Below, one piece after another: positions 46,049-55,640 of a stretch of 64,000 nucleotides of DNA; positions within the stretch are counted from its first letter, which is position 1; each line of letters opens with the position of its first letter. The notes beneath the pieces were generated by a model. That model was not told the origin of the DNA, made no database searches, and saw only the letters and a program-made list of their open reading frames with translations. Location: assembly GCA_963846015.1 (NCBI GenBank), contig CAWJUE010000005.1:81466-145465 (forward strand). Reading direction: 5' to 3'. The position numbers were made by a program, and so were the translations under genes. This DNA is from an uncultured Solirubrobacteraceae bacterium. Lineage in GTDB: Bacteria > Actinomycetota > Thermoleophilia > Solirubrobacterales > Solirubrobacteraceae.

Positions 46049-47469
46049 CGCTCGCCCTGGCGCCGCAGCCAACCACGACGACCACGACGACGCCGCTGGC
46101 CCGGCTCGAGGCGCTGTGCGATCCCGGCTCGCTGCAGCTGATCCGCACCGAGGTGATCTCCGCCGCGATGGGTGCCAAGGCCCGCGCCGGCGACGGCGTG
46201 CTCGGCGGCGCCGGCACGGTCGACGGGCGCCCGGTGTTCTGCTATGCGCAGGACCCGAGCTTCGTCGGCGGCTCGCTGGGCGAAGCCCATGCCGACACGA
46301 TCACGCGCGTGCTGGAGCTCGCTGATCGCGGCCGCGCCCCGGTCGTCGGGTTCGTCGCCTCCGGGGGCGCCCGCATGCAGGAAGGGGTCGCGGCGCTCGG
46401 CGGCTACGGACGGATCTTCCGCCGGACGGTCGCGCTGTCGGGACGCGTTCCGCAGATCTCGATCGTGACGGGGCTGTCGGCCGGCGGTGGTGCCTACTCG
46501 CCGGCGTTGACCGACTGGGTCGTGATGACCGAATCGGCGAGCATGTTCCTGACCGGCCCCGGCGTCGTCCGCGACGCGCTGGGTGAGGACGTCGACGCCG
46601 AGACGCTCGGCGGCACCCGGGTCCACGGCCGCAACGGCGTCTGTCAGTTCGTCGCCGAGGACGACTACGCCGCCGCGCTGCTGGCGCGTGATCTGCTCGG
46701 CTACCTGCCGAGCCACCGGGACGAGCGGGCACCGGCGCGCTCGCCCGAGCCGCCCGCCGCAGGGGATCCGGGAATGCCGGTCCCGGCGCAGCCGCGGCAG
46801 GTGTACGACGTCCGGGACGTGCTCGCGGGTCTCGTCGACGACGGCCGCCTGCTGGAGGTCTCGTCGGCCTGGGCACGCAATCTCGTCTGCGGCTTTGCCC
46901 GCCTCGACGGCCGCAGCGTCGGCGTGATCGCCAATCAGCCCCGGTACCTCGGCGGCGTGCTCGACGCGGCGGCGTCGGAGAAGGGCGCGCGGTTCGTGTC
47001 CAAGTGCGATGCGTTCGGGATCCCGCTGCTGGTGCTGGTCGACACCCCGGGCTACATGCCCGGCACCCGGCAGGAGGGAGCCGGCGTGATCCGCCACGGC
47101 GCCGGCCTGGTGCATGCGTTCGCGCAGGCCACCGTCCCGCGGATCACGCTGATCGTGCGCAAGGCGTTCGGCGGCGCGTTCATCGCGATGAACTCCAAGG
47201 ATCTCGGCGCCGACTACGTGTTCGCCTGGCCCCGCGCCGAGATCGGCGTGATGGGCGCCCGTCCCGCCGTCGGCGTGATTCACCGCCGCGAGCTCAGCCG
47301 GGCGCCGGACCCCGAAGCCGAGCGCGAGCGTCTGGCGGCGCAGTACGCGGAGGCCCAGCTGCGCCCGCAGGTGGCCGCCGCAACGGGATACGTCGACGAG
47401 TTGATCGAGCCGTGGGAGACGCGCGGACGGCTGGCGTGGGCGTTCGGGACGCTGGCGGCGCGGCGATGA
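46045..47469 (+). CDS. Acyl-CoA carboxylase carboxyltransferase (AccD/PccB-like)
   Basis: GGSLGEAHA, SGGARMQEG, AGGGAYSPALTD, MFLTGP, VDTPGYMPG, RKAFGGAFIAM. Confidence 0.9.
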   Translation: MTLALAPQPTTTTTTTPLARLEALCDPGSLQLIRTEVISAAMGAKARAGDGVLGGAGTVDGRPVFCYAQDPSFVGGSLGEAHADTITRVLELADRGRAPVVGFVASGGARMQEGVAALGGYGRIFRRTVALSGRVPQISIVTGLSAGGGAYSPALTDWVVMTESASMFLTGPGVVRDALGEDVDAETLGGTRVHGRNGVCQFVAEDDYAAALLARDLLGYLPSHRDERAPARSPEPPAAGDPGMPVPAQPRQVYDVRDVLAGLVDDGRLLEVSSAWARNLVCGFARLDGRSVGVIANQPRYLGGVLDAAASEKGARFVSKCDAFGIPLLVLVDTPGYMPGTRQEGAGVIRHGAGLVHAFAQATVPRITLIVRKAFGGAFIAMNSKDLGADYVFAWPRAEIGVMGARPAVGVIHRRELSRAPDPEAERERLAAQYAEAQLRPQVAAATGYVDELIEPWETRGRLAWAFGTLAARR

Positions 47470-48606
47470 GCGGCGACGTCCTGCTGACCGGCGCCACCGG
47501 CTTCGTCGGGATGGAACTCGTCGCGCAGATATCTGGAGCGCTCGGATCGCGACCTGATCACGCTCGTCCGGGCCGCCGACGATGCGGCTGCGCAGGCGCG
47601 GATGAACGCGGTCCTCGACGACTTGTTCGGCGAGCGCGCCGGGCGCTACCGCGGTCGCGTCCGCGCGGTGGCGGGCGACGTCACGGCGCCGGGCCTCGGC
47701 CTGACCGCCTCGATCCGTGACGAGCTCGCCGAGCGGACCTCGACGATCGTCCACTCGGCCGCGTCGGTGTCGTTCACGCTGTCGCTCCCCGAAGCGCGCG
47801 CGATCAACCTCGAGGGCACCCGCCGGATGGTGGAGCTGGCCGAGCTCGCCAATCGGCGAGGTGGCCTGGACTGCTACGGCCAGGTCTCCACCGCGTTCGT
47901 CGCGGGAGACCACGCGGGCGCCTTCGCCGAGACCGACCTGAACGTCGGCCAGCAGTTCCACAACTCCTACGAGCAGTCGAAGTTCGAGTCCGAGCTGCTG
48001 GTTGCCGCCAGTGACCTGCCGAGCCGGGTGATGCGGCCGAGCATCGTCGTCGGCGAGCGTGAGAGCGGCTGGACGGCGGCGTTCAACGTGGTCTACTGGC
48101 CGCTGCGGGCGTTCTCACGCGGGCTGTTCGATGTGATCCCGGCGGACCCGAGTGCGCCCGTCGACGTGGTCCCGATCGACTACGTCGCCGACGCCGTGTA
48201 CGCGCTCTGCGGCGACGCCGGCACCGACGGTCAGACCTACCACCTGACCGCCGGCCCGCACGCCAGCACGATGTTGGAGCTGTGCACGATGGCGAGCCAC
48301 TACTTCGACCGTCCGCCGCCCCGGGTCGTCACCGCCGAGGAGTTCGCGAAGCTGCCGCCGCCGAGCGTCGCCGTCCAACAGGCGTTCATCGCCGGCGCCG
48401 CCTACTTCCCGTACTTCGCGATGGAGGGCTCGTTCGCGGACGCGAACACACGGCAGCGGCTGGAGCCGGTCGGGATCAGCTGCTCGCCGCTGCCGGACTA
48501 CATCGACCGGCTGCTGGATTTCGCGACCCGGAGCCGCTGGGGCAAGATCCGGATCCCGCGCGCGGAGGCGGTCGGGGTCCCACGCGCGGACGTGCTCGCG
48601 GCCTGA
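47466..48606 (+). CDS. Fatty acyl-CoA/thioester reductase (extended SDR, NAD_binding_4), frameshift ~47527
   Basis: LLTGATGFVG, GDV..PGLGL, HSAASVSF, VSTAFV, YEQSKF, RPSIVVG, VPIDYVA. Confidence 0.87.
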
Positions 48607-48689
48607 CCTCCGGCCCGTCCCCCCAGCCGGGGGGTTGGCCGACCGGTTCGCTTGCCCGCGCCGGACCCGAGGCAGACGATCGTTCGATC

Positions 48690-48971
48690 GTCCCGCTCGC
48701 TGACATCGCCCGGTTCCGCCCCGATGATCCCGACACGCTCGTGCAGGCATCGCTCGCCTGTCCGTTGTGCCTCAGCTCAGAGCAGGTCGTGTGGGAGGGG
48801 GCGCTCGAGGGTTACGATCCGTCGATCCGATGCGAATGTGGCTCGTGCCAGCAGCAGTGGAGCGTCTACCTTGCGCCCGAGCAGGCGTTGCGGCTCGGTT
48901 TGATGCACGCGCACGCCCGGCTGATCGCGGCGGTGACGGCCGCTGACAGATCACGCGGCGTCGCGCGATGA
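48690..48971 (+). CDS. Small Cys-rich zinc-ribbon-like protein (start uncertain)
   Basis: ARFRPDDPDTLVQASLACPLCL..RCECGSCQQQWSVYLAPEQALRL; stop overlaps kinase start (ATGA). Confidence 0.65.
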   Translation, partial: VPLADIARFRPDDPDTLVQASLACPLCLSSEQVVWEGALEGYDPSIRCECGSCQQQWSVYLAPEQALRLGLMHAHARLIAAVTAADRSRGVAR

Positions 48972-50125
48972 GCGACGTCGTCACGCAGGACGGCGAGGCC
49001 GGTCTCGGCGTCGGCGCCGTCGAGCTGCTCGTCGACGTGCTCTCGCAGTCAGACTCCAGCCGCCCCGCGGGCGCGGCGCCGACCGACTTCTACGACCGGT
49101 TGTGCGAGGCGGTCTGCCGCTTGGCGCGGATGCGGCGCGCGGTCATCTTCCAGTACGACGCGGGGACGCGCCGCGTGCGCGCGGTCGGCGTGCACGCGAT
49201 CAGCATCGCGCCGTTCGCCGACGCGCAACTGTCGTTCGACTCGCTGCCGATCACCGCCCGCGCGCTGGCGGAGGACGCGGTGCTCGAGGTCGTCGGCGAT
49301 CTCACCGGCCAGGCGTCGGAGGAGTTCGCCGAGCTGGTCTCAGAGCCGGCGCAGCTGGTGTGCGCGCCGATGGCCGCCGCCGGTCGTGCACTCGGCGTGA
49401 TCCTCGCCGATCGCCCGATGAGCGACCCGCCGCTGCAGGACGCCGACCGCAGCCTGCTGTGGACGCTGGGCAAGGTCGCGGCGCTCGTATCGGTGGCGCG
49501 GACCGTCTCGACCCAGTCCGAGCGGGCCCGAGCGCTGGAGCAGCGGATCGACCTGGCGCGGGAGATCCACGAGGGCGTGATCCAGCGGCTGTTCGGGGTA
49601 TCGATGGCGCTCGACGGCGACGGTGACCTGCCGGAATCGGCCCGCCAGCGGTGCGCGACCGAGACCCAGTCGGCGCTGGCTGAGCTGCGGTCGGCGCTGC
49701 AGCGCCCGCTGGGGCGCGCGCCGCGCGCCACCCAGACGACGCTGTTCGCGGAGATCACGCGGCTGGCGCGGCTGCATCCGGTGCTCGGGCTCGAGCTCGA
49801 GCTGGAGCCGGGTCAGCCGCCCGTCCAGGTGCCGGCGGCGCTCGAGCCGCTGGCCCAATCGGTTCTCCGTGAGGCGGTGCGCAACGCGATCAAGCATGCC
49901 GAGCCGAGCCGTGTATCGGTGCGCGTCGGGGACGCTGACGGGGCGTTCTCGATGGAGGTCGTCAACGACGGGGTGGCGCCCGACGCGCGCCGGCTCGCCG
50001 GGATGGGACTGCGGCTCGCGACGGTCGAGGCGCTGCAGTCGAACGGTTTCGTCGAGTTCGGCGAACGTGAGCCGGGGACCTGGCAGGTCCGTCTGGTCGT
50101 TCCCGACGAGGACGGCGATGAGTGA
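48968..50125 (+). CDS. Soluble GAF-HisKA_3 sensor histidine kinase
   Basis: GAF (LVCAPMAAAGRALGVI), H-box LAREIHEGVIQRLF, EAVRNAIKHA, NDG, GMGL; no TM seen. Confidence 0.88.
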   Translation: MSDVVTQDGEAGLGVGAVELLVDVLSQSDSSRPAGAAPTDFYDRLCEAVCRLARMRRAVIFQYDAGTRRVRAVGVHAISIAPFADAQLSFDSLPITARALAEDAVLEVVGDLTGQASEEFAELVSEPAQLVCAPMAAAGRALGVILADRPMSDPPLQDADRSLLWTLGKVAALVSVARTVSTQSERARALEQRIDLAREIHEGVIQRLFGVSMALDGDGDLPESARQRCATETQSALAELRSALQRPLGRAPRATQTTLFAEITRLARLHPVLGLELELEPGQPPVQVPAALEPLAQSVLREAVRNAIKHAEPSRVSVRVGDADGAFSMEVVNDGVAPDARRLAGMGLRLATVEALQSNGFVEFGEREPGTWQVRLVVPDEDGDE

Positions 50126-50744
50126 GGCTCGGGCGGCGCAGCGCAGCCCGGCGCGGCTGCGGGTGCTGGTCGTCGACGATCACGACGTCGTGCACTGGGG
50201 CTTTCGGCTGATGCTCACCCAGCAACCGTGGGTGGAGCGATGCCTGAGCGCCCAGAACGGCGCCGACGCGTTGGAGCTGGCGGCCCGCTATCGCCCGCAT
50301 GTGGCGCTCGTCGACCTGTTCATCGGCGAGGAGTCGGGTGCCGAGGTGTGCGAGCGGATCCGGGCCGAGCAGCCGTCGACGCGGGTGCTGCTGTTCTCCG
50401 GCGCGGGCGAGATCTCGTCACGGGCCGCGCGGGCCGCGGGCGCCTCAGGGTTCGCCTACAAAGACTGGCCGGCGCGGCGGATCGCGGAGGCGGTGCGACT
50501 GGTCGGGCTCGGCAGGACCGTGTTCGAGCGCCACGAGCCGCAGGGTGCGATGGGGCTCTCCGAGCGTGAGCGAGCGGTGCTGGAGCTGATGGCCTCAGGC
50601 GCCACCAACCCCGAGATCGGCGAGACGCTGCACATCTCCCGACACACGGTCAAGGAGCACTGCTCGGCGGTGTACCGCAAGCTCGGGGTTCGCAACCGGA
50701 CCGAGGCCGTCCAGCGCGGGCAGCTGCTGGGGCTGTTGCGCTAG
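50118..50744 (+). CDS. NarL/LuxR family response regulator
   Basis: VLVVDDH, VALVDL, YK; LSERE..GATNPEIG..TVKEH..KLGVRNR. Confidence 0.92.
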   Translation: MSEARAAQRSPARLRVLVVDDHDVVHWGFRLMLTQQPWVERCLSAQNGADALELAARYRPHVALVDLFIGEESGAEVCERIRAEQPSTRVLLFSGAGEISSRAARAAGASGFAYKDWPARRIAEAVRLVGLGRTVFERHEPQGAMGLSERERAVLELMASGATNPEIGETLHISRHTVKEHCSAVYRKLGVRNRTEAVQRGQLLGLLR

Positions 50745-51379
50745 GCGCCGAGCGCCAGCATGTACAGGCGCACGAGCTCGTCGATCACATCGTTCATCGG
50801 GTAGGCGCCGTTGCTGATCGCCCAGTCGGTCATCGCGTAGCGGGTCGCGCCCAGCAGCGCGCCCGAGGTGATCGTCAGGTCACGGCGAGGGATCAGTCCG
50901 ACGGCCATCATCTCCTCGCCTTGGCCGAGGAACAGCTCCATCAGCTGCTCGCCGGTGACGCGCCGGTGTTCGTCTGAGTCGGCGACGACCGCCAGCACCT
51001 CGAAGAAATGGACGCGGGCGGCGCGCGGGTCCTCGACGAAGCCGGCCGCGTAGGCGGTCAGGCCGACCGTCACGCGATCGCTGACGCCGGCGCCGGCGCC
51101 GGTACCGGCCAGCGCCAGCCCGATGCGCTCGGCGGTTCGCTCGACGATCCGCGCATCAACGGCGAGGATCAGCCGCTCCTTGGTCGCGAACAGCTCGTAG
51201 AAGGTCCTCGTCGAGACGCGGGCGCCGGCGCAGATCGCCTCGATCGAGGCGGCGGCGAAGCCGATCGTCCCGAACAGCTCTAATCCGGCGTCGAGCAGCC
51301 GCGCACGGCGCTCGGCGGCGCGCTCCTCGGGGGCCTTACCGGCGTAACGGCGAGACGGTCGGGGTGGGGAGCGATCCAT
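50741..51379 (-). CDS. TetR family regulator
   Basis: YAGK..ERRARLLDAGLELFGTIGF..SIEAIC..VSTRTFYELF. Confidence 0.9.
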   Translation of the reverse strand: MDRSPPRPSRRYAGKAPEERAAERRARLLDAGLELFGTIGFAAASIEAICAGARVSTRTFYELFATKERLILAVDARIVERTAERIGLALAGTGAGAGVSDRVTVGLTAYAAGFVEDPRAARVHFFEVLAVVADSDEHRRVTGEQLMELFLGQGEEMMAVGLIPRRDLTITSGALLGATRYAMTDWAISNGAYPMNDVIDELVRLYMLALGA

Positions 51380-51458
51380 CGGCGACTGCCACCGTAGCGC
51401 GCGCTCAGGCAAACCGATAAGATTTCTGACCAGATTGATCGTGGAGAGAGGAGACGCC

Positions 51459-53071
51459 GTGTCAGATCAGAGATCAGAACGGGGCGAACCCGGCGGGAGA
51501 TCGTCCGGCTGGGGGCCGGCGCGGCGGCGACGGCGCTGCTGCCGGTCATGGCGCCGGGCACGGCCGCGGCGGCGGTGCGCACAGCCACTCGGCCAGCCCC
51601 ACACAGCCCATATCCGCGCAGCCCACTGACCGGCGCCGCGACGCGCCGGGTCGATCCCGGAAGGTTCATGCCGCCGAGGCAGATGCGCAGCTGGTATGAG
51701 CAGCTCGACGGCCGCGGCCTGCGGGCGACCGGCTCGAGCGAGCACCAGAGCTACATCGATCAGCTCCGCGCGAGGCTGCCGCAACTCGGCGTGTCGGGCG
51801 TCGTCGCGGAGGACGTCCCGCTGACGCGCTGGAGTGCGTCGCCGCCGACGCTCGACATCGTCTCAGGCCCGTCGGCCGGATCGCTCCCGGTGGCCAACTA
51901 CATCCCGTACTCGGGCCCGCTGCCCGGCGGCAGCGTCACCGGCGAGCTCGTGTTCATGCCCGACCCATCCGCTCCGGGCGCGACGCCGCCGGCGCCGGGG
52001 TCGCTGGCCGGGAAGATCGCGGTGTTCGACATCACGATCCCGCCGTACACGCTCGGACTGTTCGCGCTGTTCGGCTATGAGATCTACAACAAGCCCGGGT
52101 TCGATCTGACCGCACCCTACGTCCGCTCCTATCTCGCGCAGGGCGACGTCGAGGCCCAGGAGGTCGCCGCGCAGGCCGCGGGCGCGGTGGCCGCGATCGC
52201 CGTTCTGCCGCTGAACGAGTTCGCCTCGCGGGGGATGTACATGCCCTATGACGGCGTGATCCACCAGATCCCCGGTGCGTTCGTCTCGCAGGGCACGGGC
52301 GACACGCTCAAGGCGCTCGCCGGAACCGGCACGCAGGTTCGGCTGGCGATGAAAACCGAGATCAAGCAGGTCAAGACCCAGAACCTGTATGGCTTCATCC
52401 CCGGCGCATCGAAAGAGCTCGTCGTCGTCCACAGCCACACCGACGGCCCCAACGGAATCGAGGACGACGGACCGGACACGATCTCGTCGATCGCGCAGTA
52501 CCTGGCACGGATCGACCCGCACGCGCTGCCGCGGACGGTGATGATCCTCTACACCAGCGGCCACTTCGCCGGCGGCGTCGGCGCCGTTGCATGGTGCAAG
52601 CGCCACGCCCATGACCTGATCCCCCGGATCGCGGCGGCGGTGACGGTCGAGCACGTCGGCGCCAAGCAGGGCACGCCGCAGCCAGACGGATCGGTCACGA
52701 TCTCCAACACGCCCGAGCCGCAGGCGTTCTTCATGCCGCAGAGCACGGGCCTCGAGCGCGCGTCCTACGGGATGTTCAAGCAGGCGGGCCGCCAGGCGGG
52801 CCTGGTCGCCAAGCCGCTGACCCCGAACGCGACCCCGACCGAGGCCGCGTGGCCGGGGGAGGGGCAGTACCTCTGGAACAACGGCGGGATCGCCGACACC
52901 AACTACATCACCGGTCCCAGCTACCTGCTCAACGCCGGGATGAAGACGACCGGCTACGTCGACTACGGCGATCTGCGACGCAAAGCGATCGCGTTCACGG
53001 ACATGGCGCTCGGCTTGACGCGCGCCCCCCGGGCGAGCCTAACCGCGCCGAAGCCGACCCACTCTGGCTAA
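51459..53071 (+). CDS. Tat-exported PA-domain, M28-peptidase-like protein (frameshift just after start)
   Basis: GAGGAG RBS, TRREIVRLGAGAAATALL signal; LRATGS, HSHTDG, EDDG, EHVG. Confidence 0.7.
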
Positions 53072-53091
53072 GCCGGTTCAGACGTGCGCGA

Positions 53092-54523
53092 TCAGTCCGG
53101 TTGGACCTCGCGACCGTCCTCGCCCCACATGGTGTGGAACGTTCCCTCGCGGTCGACCCGCTGGTAGGTGTGGGCGCCGAACAGGTCGCGCAGGCCCTGG
53201 ATCAGCGATGCCGGGCCGGTCGCGCGGCGGTAACCGTCGTAGTAGGCCAGCGACGACGAGAACGCCGGGGTCGGGATCCCCAGCTCGGCGGAGCGGGCGA
53301 CGACTCGGCGCCACGGATCCTGGGCCTCGGCCAGCGCCTCCGCGAAGAAGTCGGCGAGCATCAGGTTGGCGAGGCCGGGCTCGGAGTCATAGGCCTCGCG
53401 GATCCGGTCCAGGAACCGGGCGCGGATGATGCAGCCGCCGCGCCAGATCGTCGCCATCGCGCCGAGGTCGATCTTCCAGCCCTCGTCGTCCGCGGCGGCG
53501 GCCATCTGTTGAAAGCCTTGCGCGTAGGCGACGATCTTCGACGCGTACAGCGCGTGCTCGAGGTCGGCGGCGAGCGATTCGTCGGCGCCGCCGGTCGGGC
53601 CCTGCAGGACTCTGCGGCGTGGACGCGCTCTGATTTCAGCGCGCTCAGCGAGCGGGCGAACACCGCCTCGGTGATCCCGGTCAGCGGCACGCCCGAGCTC
53701 GAGCGCGTTCTGCGCGGTCCAGCGGCCCGTGCCCTTCTGGCCGGCGGCGTCGAGGATCACATCGACCAGCGGCTTCCCGGTCCGCTCGTCGGTCTTGGCC
53801 AGCACGCGGGCGGTGATCTCGATCAGGAACGACTCGAGCTCGGTCTCGTTCCACGCCTCGAACCGTTTGCCGATCTCGGCCACCTCCAGCCCGCAGGCGT
53901 GGCGCAGCAGGTCGTAGCTCTCGGCGATCAGCTGCATGTCGGCATACTCGATGCCGTTGTGGACCATCTTCACGAAGTGGCCGGCGCCGTCGGCGCCGAC
54001 GTAGGTCACGCACGGGGTGCCGTCGACCTCGGCGGCGATCGCCTCGAAGATCGGTTTGACGGACTCGTCGTAGGGGGCCTGGTCGCCGCCGGGCATGATG
54101 CTCGGGCCGTTGAGCGCGCCCTCCTCGCCGCCGGACACGCCGACCCCGAGGAAGTGGATCCCCTGCTCCGACAACTTGGCGTGGCGGCGCTGGGTGTCAC
54201 GGAAGTTCGCGTTGCCGCCGTCGATCAGCACGTCGCCCTGGTCCAGGTGCGGGAACGATCTCGTCGATCACCGCGTCAGTGGCCGGTCCCGCCTGGACCA
54301 TGCTCATCAGCACCCGCGGCCGCTGGAGCGCGTTCACCCAGTCAGCGACCGACTCCGCGCCGGTGATCGGCCCCTCGGATCCGTGCTCGTCGACGAACCT
54401 GGTCATCCGGCTCGTGGTCCGGTTGTGGACGACGACGGGAATCTCGTGGTGGGCGACGTTGCGGGCCAGGTTGGCGCCCATCGTCGCCAGGCCGGTCAGG
54501 CCGAAATGGGTGTCTGAGCTCAT
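53092..54523 (-). CDS. gnd: NADP-dependent 6-phosphogluconate dehydrogenase (frameshifts)
   Basis: GLATMGANLARN, DGGN, VSGGEEGA, GHFVKMVHNGIEY, QKGTG, WRGGCIIR, RDLFGAHTY. Confidence 0.95.
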
Positions 54524-54534
54524 GCGGGCGACCC

Positions 54535-54580
54535 TATCGCGCGCGGGTTCAGCCGGTTATCGCGCGCGGCGTTCAGCCGG
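54535..54580. repeat. 22/23-bp tandem duplication
   Basis: TATCGCGCGCGG(C)GTTCAGCCGG at 54535-54556 and 54558-54580. Confidence 0.7.
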
Positions 54581-55545
54581 CCGCTCCGGCGGCGAGCCGG
54601 TCGGCCATCCCGCGGGCCGCGTCGCGCAGCTCGTCAGGCCCGAGGATCTCGATCGCCTCGCCGAGGCTCGCCATCCAGACGACAAACCCCGGATGCCATC
54701 CGCCGCGGGTGCTGACGACGCACGCGTCGCTCGCCGTCGGGCTCGACGGTGGCGTAGCGGCTCGGGACGCGCTGCTGGATCCGCGTCGCCGGAGCGGTCA
54801 CGCGGACCCGCCCGGGCTCGGCGGCACCCTCGCGCTCCTCGCCTCGGCGTTGCAGCTGCCCCTTGACATAGGCGGCGGGGTCGCCGCCGGGGACCGTGCG
54901 CCGGCGGCCGCGGCCGCCGACCCGCACGCGGCCGCTGATCCGGTCGACGCGGAACGTGCGCCAGTCATCGCGGTCGAGATCGAACGCGACCATGTACCAG
55001 CGATGGCCGCAGTAGACGACCGCGGTCGGCTCGGTCTGACGCTGTGAGGAGCGATCGTCGCGGGCGACGTAGGAGAACCGCAGCTGCACGCCGTCGCGAC
55101 AGGCGCCGGCAACCTCGGCCAGCAGGTCAGCGTCGATCTGCGGTTGTTCGAAGCTGAACGCCGAGGTCACGTCGCCGAGCGCGCGCACGCGGCGACGGAG
55201 CCGCGTCGGCAGCACCTGCTCGAGCTTGGCCAGCGCGCGGACGGAGGTCTCCTCGATCCCGGCGATCGAGCCCGACGCGGCGGTCCGCAGGCCGACCGCG
55301 ACGGCGACCGCCTCCGCGTCGTCGAGCAGCAGCGGCGGCAGCTCGCCGCCGGCACCGAGCCGGTAGCCGCCGGCGACGCCCCGGGCGGACTCGACCGGGT
55401 AGCCGAGCGAGCGCAGCTTGTCGACATCGCGGCGGATCGTGCGAGGACCGACCTCGAGCCGTTCGGCAAGTTCGTCGCCGGTCCATTCGCGGCGTACCTG
55501 GAGCAGTGAGAGGAGCGCGAGCAAGCGCGCGGAGGTCTGAACCAT
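54573..55545 (-). CDS. YafY-type HTH-WYL transcriptional regulator (frameshift ~54730)
   Basis: TSARLLALLSLLQ..RTIRRDVDKLRSLGYPV..GGY; RWYMVAFD..DWRTFRVDR. Confidence 0.92.
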
Positions 55546-55564
55546 GGTCCGAAGCATGACAGCA

Positions 55565-55620
55565 ATAGCGGACTGAAGCTGACCTGTGGCAGCAGAATTG
55601 AGGCCCGGAACCGACCTAAT
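55565..55620. promoter_or_regulatory. Possible tandem YafY/WYL operator sites
   Basis: ATAGCGGACTGAAGCTGACCT and ATTGAGGCCCGGAACCGACCTAAT in the divergent intergenic region. Confidence 0.4.
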
Positions 55621-55640
55621 TCGACGGGAGCATCCCAGGC

